Shown here piece by piece: positions 49,541 to 61,965 of a DNA stretch of 64,000 bases (positions within the stretch are counted from its first letter, which is position 1; every line of letters starts with the position of its first letter). The translations under genes and the position numbers were made by a program. The notes under the pieces were generated by a model. That model made no database searches. It saw only the letters and a list, made by a program, of their open reading frames with translations, and was not told the DNA's origin. This DNA comes from Marsupella aquatica (Eukaryota; Plantae; Marchantiophyta), in the NCBI GenBank assembly GCA_973895155.1, contig OZ316894.1, positions 6,182,368 through 6,246,367 of the forward strand, read 5' to 3'.

Positions 49541-52500
49541 ATTAAAGCGAGTCATAGCACTGCATTATGGCTTAAAGTTTTTGGACTTACCATCCTTATG
49601 GGGAATGTATTCAAGTAGCAAGGTGGCCAAAAAGACATGTTGTGTCCTGGCCTGTCACTTAGTCAGGGCCCTCCTTTGACACTCCCTATTAATTTGTCTC
49701 TCGATCACTTTCTCTTTGCTGCGCCTCTTTTCCCTTTGTCACACTGCCTTGTTTTTCCCGAGTTACTTATGTCCCCAGTTCACTGTTCAAATATCTTAGT
49801 CAGGTAGATAATTTTATCAACATATTGTCATAGCTCGATTAGCTCCTTTATGACTAAGATCCTGTGCTACACTTAGATGAGAGTTCTTAGGTGTGAGTGG
49901 CCAGAACTACATGAGCTCTTCCATACCTTAGGGCTGTCTTGCGTGTGCAAGGTCTTCAAAAAATTGACACTTACATGACCATGATTGTTGGTAGCTAGGA
50001 CCTGTGACCTGCTCACACACTCTCATGTCCTTCTTTGTTGTTTCTTGCTCTTGATTCTATGGGGCAATAAGCAGGAAATTTTGCAGTGTTGTAGTGGCAG
50101 GTTTTGTCTCATTATCAATTCAAAGGTCAGGACCCCCCATGTCGTGACCAGACTAGTTATGACAGGCTTGACCACCAAAGTGCTCTAATATAACGTGAGT
50201 CTTATTAATGTGACACCACATGACTTTACAGTCATGTATGAGTCTCCATAAGACATTGGAGCATATTAAAATATATGTTTTATTGAATAGTGGATAGTCA
50301 TAGTCATTCTTAGTCTAAGTAATGTAAATGACTTTGGTCCAACCACATCCATTGTAGTCACAAAATTGACTTCAACATTTTCATTGTGGGCCCAACATGT
50401 GGCCCACAATGGTGACGGTCAATCATGTTGAGTGAAATGCTTTTATAACAAGGCAATGACAAATACCTTTAATTTAGGGTCTGCATCTCGGATTAAATCC
50501 CTTTACTCCCACTCACTCTACAGCCCTCTGGCAACTTCCATTTTACCGTGGCCATATATCCGGCTGCCCCGGCCAACAACATGCAGTGTGGATATATCGG
50601 CGCGTGATTGGTTGCAATGTGAACCGTACCACATTTATGATTTTGTTGCGTAGGTCAGGGCCATACCTCACTAAATGGCCTCATTGTGACCAAAAGGGTA
50701 TAGGGTTAAATATCAATTTGTGGCATGCTCATATAAGGGTAGGTGTTGTCTTACTTCGAGTGTCACTCAGTGTTTTGATGTAACACTATTCAATACCCAA
50801 AACACCAAACTAAAAGGGCCAAAAACAAATGGCATGCACACTTGGTCTTAGTGACCATTTAATCCTACGTGTCTCTCAACATGCCGATCAACGGGAAGTG
50901 TGCAAGTTTACTTAGGGTCGACCCCATGTGCAGACGCAAAGGGATGAGACCTTAGGAGGACACAAAGTGTCAACTACTACCACCAGGGTTTAGGGTCTAC
51001 TTTTTGCAAGGGAAACCAAGTGCCGAGCAGTCTGCTCCCAAGAATATACTTTTCCTCACTTGTTGTCGACTCTCGCACTCAGGTTTAGGGATTTGGCGCT
51101 TCTTGGAGGTAACCTTGCGGCTTTTTTGGTAACAGAGCAGGCGGTAGTTGGCATTTAGGGTCCTCAGGTTGGGGCGGAGATGTGGAGGATTGAGGCTGCT
51201 GCGCCCATACATGTTTTTCTTTCAATTGGTGCTACGATTGCTTGGTGACGGGAGGCTGTGGGATGTGTGTTGTAGCTGTTGTGATCAGTGACCTCCAGTT
51301 GGGAAGGACTTGCGAGAGCTGCGGTTGGGGAGGAGCTGCGGTCGGAGCTACAGCCGGTTGGAGGTGGTCGCAAGCTGGTAACAATTGGAGGGGTTAGTTT
51401 TCTGCAGCTCAAACCTATCCTTTTGTGCTTGTGGCCATGCTATCCTTTCTGCCAGTTCATGAGTTTGCTAGGGAGACTATGTATCAATTTTCTTCTCAGG
51501 AGGCGCTGAATGAGTTCTCTACCAGGGTTTGTCGAATTTGTTTACGGGTCCATCTAGTTGCGCCATACAGCTTAAACTTGTGTAAGCAACGCAAATCAGT
51601 TGCCTTATGCCTGTAGGATTGGGACCTAAATTTGTGAGAGCTGCAACATTGCAGGATTAGGGTCTGCATTTGCAACGCGATGACACTTGCAAGTTGATTC
51701 TCCACGTTCACAGAACTCCATTTTGCAACATCGCCCTTATCAATACTTTCACTAACTCTGGAATATTATAGTCCACTTGGAATTTTGATAGTGTACTTTT
51801 GGAAAATTGAATGTTACTTTTTAGAAATTTGAAAACATAGTTTTTGAGTTTTAAATAAGGGTTCTGAACAATTCCAATTTTCTTCCGGATACTTCAGCAC
51901 CAATTTTGGAAACTTCAAGTTGTGATTTGGTACAAACTTTTGAGACATAACATAAGAAAAGGGGCTTAGGTTCACACGTTGTTAACTTCATCCCAATGAG
52001 TTTTTTAATAGATAGAGACCAGCCACGAAAACCCACACGACAAGGGGGAACAAGCAGCCTCACACACAACAAAGAACATGCACAGCATACCCCTAAAAGC
52101 CCCAAAAAGACGAGGGCCAGAGAGTCGCACAAGAGTAAAGAGTAAAAGCTCAACAACAAGAGTCACCCTGACACCTAAGGGGCACGACGGAACAAAAGGT
52201 GCACTCAAAGCTTCAATGAAGAGTAACATATGATCATTAAAAGTGGGCGGGACCAAGTGTAACAATCCAGAGGAGCATATAGTTTAGCAAGCAGTTTTGC
52301 AAGCTTTATCGATGCCTAGAATGATGCATACAAGAATTCTACATGTCTTGTTGTGAGGGAGGAGTATGATAGACGGAGGACTTTGCACAAGCTGTTCATC
52401 CGCACTCGAGCGCGAGCCACTCTCCTCCACCAACACACGCAATAGGAGAAGGCATCGTGAGAACAAAGGGTCTCTATACTCTCTCCTCCCATCCCACACG

Positions 52501-52923
52501 TAGAGGGAGAAGCGTCGTGTGAAAAGAGGCTCCTCTCTGCCGAAGACCAAGTCGCTCCAGAAATAGAAGGGCAAAGAACAAGGGGATTGCAAATGAAAGA
52601 GCACCAACATCCTATTTGCATAACAAAACAACATTCCACATTTGTACACATAAAGATAAGCTTGGTATATTCATAGGAAACATATGTGCCTAACAAAAAT
52701 TCTGGTTGATGTCGGCGTAGGCATCCCTGAAATATATCAACCACCCATGCTCAGAAACACCGAAGCCTCCCAAGCGGAAAACACTAAGGCGGAAAACGCA
52801 AGCACTTTCTGTTCACACCTAAACATGATGCACGATCAACTAACAAATTCCTACGCGATGATCGCATCCGCACAAAAAACAGCTCCAAAACACTTCCCGA
52901 GAGCTGACTCCAGAATGCCTCAT

Positions 52924-53409
52924 TCAATTGTTCCAGGATGATGGCATCCACTCGTCGGAGTCTGCATTATCGCTATCTAGAAATTCTTCCCTTGCCCATT
53001 CCTTCAGACTTCTCTCGGAGCTTCGTTTCTTCTTCAAAGGTCCGTAATACTCAGCCAAATGATCCCTCTTCCAACGACGCCTCATCTTCTGACATTCCTC
53101 CCGACGGATCCTCTTTTGTTGCCCCTCCGCGGCCTTTGTCGGCTTCTTCTCTTTCTCTTTCTGTTCCTCCTCCACCTCATCTGCAACAGGTGCCTGGTCG
53201 TTTGTCTTGTCATGACTAACCACAGTTTGGTTGCCAAGAGGAGGAATGGTTTCTGTTCTTGCAGCAACTCCAGAGTCAAAACTATTGGATGGCTCCGAGC
53301 ACACAGAGAAGTTGGACCGCTCCTCATTTGCATTCTCTGCCTGTAATGCTCTAGAACTCTTCTCCGCATGTAATGCCAAAGGACTCCTCACTCGTCTCCC
53401 AGGTGCCAT
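52924..53409 (-). CDS. Orphan 161-aa charged protein, probably transposon-encoded
   Basis: ATG-initiated intronless ORF with basic clusters (KMRRRWKR, LKKKRSS) and acidic runs. Same strand as, and downstream of, the transposase. No recognised family. Confidence 0.45.
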   Translation of the reverse strand: MAPGRRVRSPLALHAEKSSRALQAENANEERSNFSVCSEPSNSFDSGVAARTETIPPLGNQTVVSHDKTNDQAPVADEVEEEQKEKEKKPTKAAEGQQKRIRREECQKMRRRWKRDHLAEYYGPLKKKRSSERSLKEWAREEFLDSDNADSDEWMPSSWNN

Positions 53410-53564
53410 TATGAAAGTTCAGGAAAATCACCACGATCCAAAATGGTTGTCAAACGCTCAATTTGGAAAAGGAAGATTTGATCAGAAGGAGAGAGATGTT
53501 GGAGACTGAGCCAGAAGTTCATCACAAAGCATAACTTGAAGGAGAGAAACAAGCCTCTCGAATA

Positions 53565-54275
53565 AGGGTGTGTGTGATGAGATTCGGGATTTTCAAGTCA
53601 TAAGTTCATTAAGACATCCTACGCGAGCATCGTGTGGCACAATTATGATACAAAAACCCGTGACCGGGCACCACACCATCATTGTGGCCACAACAGACCC
53701 GAGCCATAGGTCGACATGCGCGCCATTGCAGTGAAAGTGAAATTCAGTCCAAGTACACATCTTTCACTTTCCGAAGGTCATAATGATCCTAGAGCTGGGT
53801 AGTCTGGCCTACACGAGCCTCGTGCGGAAAGTAACTGGAACCAACCAGCTCCAACCTCGCCTATTGTTCTCCCACAGTCCTCAACCCGACAAAATACATT
53901 ACGTGTGAATATGGGTTTGTGTGATGAGATCCGGGATTTTCAAGTCATAAGTTGATTATGACATCCTACGCGAGCCTCGTGTAGCACAATTATGATACAA
54001 AAACACCTGTCAGTTTAACCTCAATAACGGAGGAAATTGAGCTCATCCCAAACAAATCTCGTGATCCGGCACCAAACCATCATTGTGGACACAACGGACA
54101 CGAGCCAAAGGTCGACATGCGCGCCATTGCAGTGAATGTACACACCTTTCACTTTTCGAAGCTCAATATGATCCTCGAGCTAAGTAATCCGGCCTACACG
54201 AGCCTTGTGCGGAAAGTGACTGGAAAAAACCAGCTCCAACCTCGCCTATTGTTCTCCCACAATCCTCAACCCAAC
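53565..54275. repeat. Tandem duplication of a 350-385 bp unit, each carrying two 19-bp palindromes
   Basis: tgtgtgatgagat..gggattttcaagtcataag...ccagctccaacctcgcctattgttctcccaca present twice. Confidence 0.92.
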
Positions 54276-54338
54276 AATTAGGACGTGCCGTGCATCGCCA
54301 ATTGTCTTCCACGCGAGTCTCGCGTCGAGTTAAGGATA

Positions 54339-57300
54339 TTAGTTCTCCTCAATCGTTTCTGTAATGTAAACCTTCACACTTTCCAAAACTCTCGCTGGAA
54401 CTTTTACCTTTGCTTTCGCTTTTGATGTCCATCCGGTGATGGTTGAAGTTGCAAGCATCCAATCATTCGTGATTGGGGGAATGAGGTAATTGGGATCCCT
54501 TTCCCACGTTTGCTTTGAATTAAAGCAGTCCCGATATCTTTCTGATTCGGTTGCCAAACTATTGCGATTAAGAGGGTGCCACCATTCAACTTGGAACTCT
54601 CCAACACTCGCGTTGTCGGTATCTCTTACGACACAATCGATTGCTTTTGCAAGCCAAAATTGTTGCGGAATTCTGGTTTCAAATTCATCGGTGGGTCGAA
54701 TAATAACAAATGTATTCTTTTTAATATCTTCCAGAGGACTAAATCTTGACCTCTCACGCTTAGAAGGGTGTCCGACAAAGATTGTTTGCCTCTCTTCTTC
54801 ATCTTCTTGAAGCTCTCTTTCCAGATTATGCATCACCCCGTTGTCTTCGCTTGGGTTGGTATCCACATTCTGACCATACTGACGATACCCAGTTCCATGG
54901 TTCGTTCGAGGCCAGAATCCATCAAGTAATGGATAATCTACCCCTGCTAGCGAAGGAGAGCAAAGTGTATCCTGAAACACAGAAACAATGTTTTCCCAGT
55001 ATTGAATCTCTGGACTTCGGAGACGATATCCCTCCGATGTAACATCCTTCCATGCAGTCTTCAGCCATGAGATATAATGGATCAAGTACTCCAAAATGTC
55101 ATTCGCCCGCTTGTGAGAAGACTCCATCCGCTTGGAATATGGACGTCCAATTGGAAATTTGTATTGGTTTCTCTCTGAGTCAAACAACCAAATTGTTTGA
55201 CCCTTTGTAGGTAGCCAAGACGTATCAATTTTCTCTCGATATTGGTAGACTGGGACATTCTCCTTCATTGAGAACAAGAATTGAACAGGTGCTGATTGAC
55301 CCTGGATCCTTTTGACAAATGGTCCTACATAAGCTTTGTAAGATGCAACTTCGCGGATGAACCTGGGAACCGGATGTTTCTTCTCGCACTCCCAAACCTC
55401 CGCCATTAAACCAAAAAAGGTGGTAAGCTCTCGATTGTAGATCCTTATCCCCACTCTAGAGAAGAAGGCATCCACATCCTCATGAGTGTGCCCGACCATC
55501 AAAAAGAAAAGAGTTACTGACTCAAACACTCCTTTTAGAACAAGCTCGCTATAGAAAGCCAGAACTGTCTGGTTCTTGTTATCCTTTCCCGAGTTATCAA
55601 GTTGAAGGTGGAGGTGTCGAGGAAGCGCCTTGAAGGGTAGGGATGTTGAAGACTCTACGCGACTCTCATGTGGCACATTATCACCAAGCCCTGCGAAGTG
55701 AGCGAGAGAGATCTTTTTGGTTTCGAGGTATCCTACCTCAAAGGCACGCTGATCCAAGAGGGATACAAAGATTGGATCTGTGACGTCAGAGGTGTTGAGA
55801 GCTAAATCGCCGGTCTTATCTCCCACAAATGATTTGAGATCACAAAATAACTTTGCAAGTGAAGAGACTGTAAAATCAGGATCGCTTGCCCACAAACCAG
55901 AAAGGGCAAAATGTGCATAAATTCCAGGCTCCCGTCCATGCGTTAACATCCCCGTCAGCGTCATTGGTAGCGGGATTGATTTGCCTCCTTGGCTCTTGAG
56001 TGTAGAAGTCATTTTAGGGATTCCGGTCTTGGCTTGATCCATTTTATCGTGAATCACAGACAAATATTTGTCGGGCTCCTGGTCCGCTGCAAGTTTTGCT
56101 GCATAGTACATACTCCTGCGTGATTGTTGTTCCAATATATGCCGTTCGTGCTTTGCCTTGATTTCTAAAATCTTATCCACCCGTTTCTCCCCCCGAAGTG
56201 TTTCTTTAATGGTAGTGCAAAGATCGCATTTTGCAAAGTTGCTCCGATCTTGGAATTGGAAATTGGGGAAATATTTATCCAAAAGCTTGTAGAAGGTTGG
56301 GAGAGAGGGCGAATGAATACCCAGGTTTTTGTTAAGCTCGCAAGCCTCTTCAAAAACATCTTTTCTCCCGTAACTTATTGGAACCCTAAAAACAACTTCC
56401 TGCTTGCCTGAAACACCAATTTTGTGAAGATGTGGCATTGGTTCTGCAGATTTCTGCAGGATACTTTGAATTGATTCTGTGAACAACACAACGTAGTCTT
56501 TGGTCTTGATGGTCCCTTCATTCCCATGAACACCAACTTTTGCCCCCTCCATGTATCGTGAATACATTGTGTAAAATGTTCCTCGAGAAAATCCATGAAT
56601 ATTCCAAAAAGCTTCCTTGCAGATCCTGCTTCCCTTGAATACAATCATGCCTGAGGCGATGGTTTCATCGTCACGACAGTGAAGATGTGAGCACGTAAGT
56701 ATGTTGCTCAACATGCGATAGACCATAGTACTCTTCCCTAATGTCAGTGACGGTCTCACGGAGTTGTCGTCGACAACAACTCTGTGAGCAACAATCAACC
56801 CGATAAAGAGTATCTATGGACACCCAAGACATCTTTTGATTGCGTCTTTTCTCGAGTCGGTTTCTCTCCTTCTGGTTTGAATCTTGAGGATTTCTTCGTT
56901 GATTGTTATAGCCCCTTTTTGGCTTGATATATGAGAGAATTCTAACTCCCTCATCGTTACCATCATTCTGATCTAAAAGATCACTAAGACATTCCATTCC
57001 AGGCTCAATCCTAGTTTTGCTGATTGGCCATCGAATTGTGCATGGTGATCAGTCAACAAATTGAGGGAACATAACTTTTCCCAAGCCAGCTTCAATAGCT
57101 AGACTCAAAATATTCACACCAACATGATCTCCCGCATGATCTTCCCCAACTCGCTCGTTGTTAATGGACGCAAGAGGATGTGGGTTTATGATGCAACCTC
57201 TTGCGAGCAAGGTTTCTCCGTCGTCCGCATAGAGAAGGGCAAACTTTTTGAACCATGTGCTACGATCTTTCAGATCCTCCGCAAAAACCTCTGTCCCCTC

Positions 57301-57660
57301 CAGTCTGGTGGCTGATTCAGAATTACCTTCAATATTGTCAACTGGGTCATCAATGACATAAGCTGACTCTGTTTGACCTCCAAGATTCATGTCATTTGCA
57401 TGGCGGACATCTTGCCGATCCCACAAAACAACGGAGTTCACCGACTCTCCTACTAGATCAGCTCCTGGATGTGGATACGGCAGCTGTGCGAGGTGAAAGA
57501 AAGCATTGTCCACCGCCACACTTATCCGTTCTGCTCCAAGCAACACAGAGTGGCAGGTGTCGAAAGGTAGAACACAAAAAACCTTTCCACCAGCAACTGG
57601 TTGTTCATTGATAAGCAAGTGAACGACTTCTCCAGGTAGAAGCTGCGTTCTTGAAGCCAT
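54339..57660 (-). pseudogene. Sola1/DUF7869-like DDE-type transposase of about 1100 aa, with one in-frame stop and one frameshift
   Basis: ORFs 57660-57049 and 56997-56671 share a frame across one TGA (FVD*SPCTIRWP). The frame shifts near 56690 into ORF 56798-54339. Motifs: CC..SCC, ICKEAFWNIHGFS, FAKCDLC..H, HDKMDQAK, LHLQLDNSGKDNKN, FLMVGHTHEDVDAFFS. Superfamily is assigned from remembered motifs. Confidence 0.8.
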
Positions 57661-57821
57661 TTTGGATCTGAGGAAAAAATATTACAACAAAAACATCTTT
57701 TAAAACATCCTACACGAGGCTCGTGTGAAAATCTCTAACTCGAATGTAAGCAAATATCACAGACCTGAAAATTCACCTCCAGTTTAAACAAGCAATGAAG
57801 AGAAATTTCTATTGTATCTTA

Positions 57822-58595
57822 GACAAGGGGAACAACACGAGACTCGTGTAGACAATCAAACATCCAAAATTCAATAGAGATTACTACTGAATACACAATA
57901 GTAGGCTCTTGAAACTTCTACACAGAGATGGATATTCTGAAATGCGTATTCTTCTTAGAGAAACTTTCTATGGAACGTTGTATTTGGATAGACGAGGGGA
58001 ACAACACGAGGCTCGTGTAGACAATCCAAAGTCCAATATTCAATAGAGATTACGACTGAATACACACTAGTAGGCTCTTAAAACTTCTACACAGAGATGG
58101 ATATTCTGAAATGAGAATTCTTCTTAGAGGAACTTTCTATTGAAAGTTGTATTTGGATAGACGAGGGGAACAACACGAGGATCGTGTAGACAATCCAAAG
58201 TCCAATATTCAATAGAGATTACGACTGAATACACACTAGTAGGCTCTTAAAACTTCTACACAGAGATGGATATTCTGAAATGAGAATTCTTCTTAGAGGA
58301 ACTTTCTATTGAAAGTTGTATTTGGATAGACGAGGGGAACAACACGAGGATCGTGTAGACAATCCAAAGTCCAATATTCAATAGAGATTACGACTGAATA
58401 CACACTAGTAGGCTCTTAAAACTTCTACACAGAGATGGATATTCTGAAATGAGAATTCTTCTTAGAGGAACTTTATATTGAAAGTTGTATTTGGATAGAC
58501 GAAGGGAACAACACGAGGCTCGTGTAGACAATCAAAAGTCCAAAATTCAATAGAGATTACTACTGAATAAACATTAATAGGCTCTTAAAACTTGT
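57822..58595. repeat. 169-bp tandem array, about 4.6 copies
   Basis: aacacgag recurs at 57834, 58003, 58172, 58341 and 58510, an exact 169-bp period. Central copies are near-identical. Confidence 0.97.
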
Positions 58596-58789
58596 ACAGT
58601 TAAACGACATCCCAATGGGAAAGACTCAAGCAAATACATTCACATACTGACACAATCACTAAAACAAAATTGAAAATGACAGGAGCAGTACCTGAAACAA
58701 CAGAGCACGCTTTAACAAAAGTCCCACCTCGGACTGAAGGCACGAATGAGTCAGATCTCAAACAATGACTTGCACGAAGTGGTCTGTCA

Positions 58790-59160
58790 CGTTATATAGT
58801 GAGTGGGGGTGCGAGAATTTCAGACTTTCAACTCTACCAGATTGTCGTGTAGTACTTTTTTGTGGCGGCGTGGAGTGTGGTGAGCAGCCATTTCCATAAA
58901 TGCAGATTGGTTTGGCGGCGGGTGGTGGTTCGCCATGTTAGTGACACGTCCTCCACCAGATCCCGAGTGTCAGGTTTGGCGGTCGGGTAGCGACCGCAAT
59001 CATTGTTGCGACCGCAAGGGGTATATGTTGCTTTCCAGCTCGCTGTCGCTCTCATTCTCTTTCTCTGTCAATCACGCTCTCTCTCGCTCTCTCTCTCTCT
59101 CTCACGCTCGGCCCTCAGATTGTTTCACGCTCTTTCACGCTCGCCTCGGACTATAAAAGG
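58790..59160. promoter_or_regulatory. Putative bidirectional promoter of the transposon
   Basis: TATATAA on the minus strand at about 58798-58792, TATAAAAG on the plus strand at about 59152-59159, and a CT-rich tract between them. Divergent genes lie on either side. Confidence 0.45.
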
Positions 59161-59262
59161 ACCTCGGGCCTCGGACCTTGGATCATTTGTGTTTTCTATT
59201 TGTTTTTGCTGAACTGGTCAGTGCTTGACATTGTCGTGGAGGAGTTCGCACGTGCGAAGGCA

Positions 59263-60044
59263 ATGACGACTTCTTTGGCAGAAAATGATGCCGGCTTACT
59301 TGCTCTGGCTGCATTGAGGAAGCTCAAAGGTAATTCTGACCTGCATTTCTCTGTTTTCTATGGATTGTGCTAAACTTGAGTCTGCTCTACACGAGAGTCG
59401 TGTAGAATGGGTCTCTTTCATCGACCCATACTCTCTATTTGAGAGCCCTTATGTCAGAATTTAGAATTTCCTGTTCAGTTCTACGCGAGTCTTGCGTAGA
59501 CCGTTTCTCCAATCTTGGAAGACAATGGATTTCTACGCGACTATCGTGTAGAAACTCAGGTTCTGTAGAGTGTTAAATCCTCATTCGGAGGTAGTACCAT
59601 TTGGAATCAAAACATTGTTCATGTGACTTTGTTCTTTCAACTTTTCTAGAGGGAGGCGCTCATCGCAAGGACGATTTTGAGAAGATTGAGGGATTGTTGC
59701 AAAAAAGTATTTATGCTTTTGATATGAGTTTGATGGAGAATTCCATTCTCCAAAAAGCGTTGGAGGATGAAAAGGAAGCAATAGAATACGAGCGGGAGCA
59801 GATGTTTGCAAAGTATCGATGGGCACAGATCCAACATTTGACTACTTGCAACGTAGCGGCAAAGTCCATGAAAGCTTCTCTTGAGATGGAGAAGTTTCGA
59901 GATTGTCAAGTTCATGACTTGCGCCAGGAGCTGGCCGATGGCCGAGAGAGGGAAAGACAATTGGATACCAAAGTGCGATGGATTGAATTGGAAAAAAACA
60001 ATTGTTGCCTTCATGGCCACATGTGTTCGCATACTTTGAGTTAG
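59263..60044 (+). CDS. Spliced coiled-coil-like accessory protein, 5' part; 3' structure uncertain
   Basis: Exon 59263-59329 (MTTSLAENDAGLLALAALRKLK), GTAATT donor, TTCTAG acceptor at 59649, in phase with the ORF ending at 60044 (EGGAHRKDDFEKIEGLLQK...). Confidence 0.6.
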
Positions 60045-60391
60045 GGTTCTCTTATGTTTCTAGCGGATCAGATTGTTTTCTTAAATCTGGATGTTTTGAC
60101 TCTGAATGATGATGAGCTCAAATGGCTCATACGACTATCTCCAGAGATCTGATAGTCATTTTTTGCGGGATCATTTACACACCAAAGAGGCCAGAGGTCT
60201 GATAGTCATTTTTGCGAGACCGTTTACACGCCAAAGAGGCCATTTTGTAAAGGATGTTTTGACATCATTTTGTTTGTAATGAATCAACAGTTTTTCGGCT
60301 CACTTTATTTTCTACGCGAGTGTCGTGCAGATGTTTGACATATTTCTCCTTGTCTTCTAGGAGTTCGCTCTGTTTATTTCCGTTTTGACAG

Positions 60392-61965
60392 GCTTCGCAT
60401 TGAAACTCCAACGGTCGCAAAACTTCAGAATATTTTGGCGACAGTGAATTCATGGTCTTTTGAATTGCAACCAGTCAAAGGCAACTACCGTTTGATTGTG
60501 AGGGGAGTTAAAACAGAAAATGGACGAAGAAACTTTGTGAGTTTTGGCACTCTCGCAAACTGTACAAGGTTTGTGTCCCCAAAGGACAACCCATCTCTTC
60601 TGCTGACATTGGAGTGTGAGAGTTCTTGGAATTTCAAGCAGATGGTTGCTCCACTTCATGGGTTTTGCTCAGCACATTGTCTTGAACCTTACAACCAGGA
60701 CACAAATGTTGTCTCTTGCGGTTTCTTTGATCCTTTAGTGGATAGATGGCTGTCACCTGATTGGGTCTTTACGGCTGATGAAATAATTCTAGGGCTTGGA
60801 CGGGTCTCCTATGTCATGAAGCAGTCCAAATTTTTTATCTCTCGGACACGAGAGGTGGATCACATAATGCGGATGAAGATCCCAGACGATGACTGGAGGA
60901 GAAAGATGACTATTTCTCCGAATGTTGTGTTCATGAAACACTTCAGTGAGACAAAGGTGGAGGAATGGATTCGAGAGCATCCAGTAATCCAAGACTTGGT
61001 ACGCCCAAAGAAGAAAGAAGCTGGTGGAAAAGAGATTGACGATGATGATGGGGAGGGAAAGGACGAGGATGACTCATCCGCCTCTGGAGAGAGCAAGTCC
61101 CATGAAACGATATCAGTCTATGAGACAGAAAATGAGGATGACGGAGAGGAGGGAAGTGTCCAAGAAGAGAGCAAGAAGACTTTTCAGAATCGGGCGGGGT
61201 CAGAGAATGAGTCAGAGTCAACAAGTTTAGAAGGTGCAGTTGAACCAACCAACGATGATGGTGAGAGTGGGGAAATTCAACAAAATGAGGTCATCCCACC
61301 AGCAAAGCCTCCAACAGAGAAGCGATACGCAAATACTGCAAAGGGAGTTTCGCCCAGGAAGGGGAAAGCTGGTGTCGTGTCAGAGTCATCCACACCCAGT
61401 TGGAAGAAAAAAGCAGTGGACAAAAAATCACCATCAGGGAAACTAGGCCGGAAGAAGGTTGATTTTGAGAAAACAAAAGAAGAAGCTAAACTACCTCGGA
61501 AGAGAGTGAGAGTCGTTGATCAAGCAGATGAGCCGCCTGCGGCAAAAACAGGCCGCAAGAAGGTTCAACGGGAAGAACAAAAAGAAGACAAGAAACCATT
61601 TCGAAAGAGAGTTCTTTTTTCTGACCAGCGCGAAGTCGTGCCTCAAGTGAAAGGTGGAAAAAACTTATCTTTGATTGATAAACAAGAAGAGGCAACATCT
61701 TCTCGGAAGAGAATTCAAGTTGTCGAGGAAGCGCAAGGAATACGAAAATCAAGCAAAGCAAAGAAAGTCGCTTCACCAGAAAAACCTGAGGAGGAGAAAC
61801 CGACTCAAAAGTCTCGGGTTGGACAGAAATCTGAGTCGGTCATGAAGAAAGTTGAGAAGGTTGAACCGGAGATCAGGACGCTGAAGCGAAAGGGAGTTGT
61901 AAAAGATCCTGCACCAAAGGGAAACAAAAAAGCAAAACTTGATGTTGAATCAGTAGTTGTGGAAT
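60392..61965 (+). CDS. Large exon or ORF: globular-looking 190-aa region plus acidic and Lys-rich tail, probably cut by an LTR insertion
   Basis: 518-aa open frame extending back to a TTTTGACAG acceptor at 60391. The frame closes within 26 bp of TGTCAC at 61966. No recognised family. Confidence 0.65.

Noticed and set aside
50984-50996. Interstitial telomere repeat (agggtttagggt; also near 24821)
   Set aside because: Fewer than two full units; at most a telo-box.
57822-58595. CRISPR-like array (regularly spaced palindromes)
   Set aside because: The intervening sequences are near-identical rather than unique spacers, no cas genes are visible, and the context is eukaryotic.
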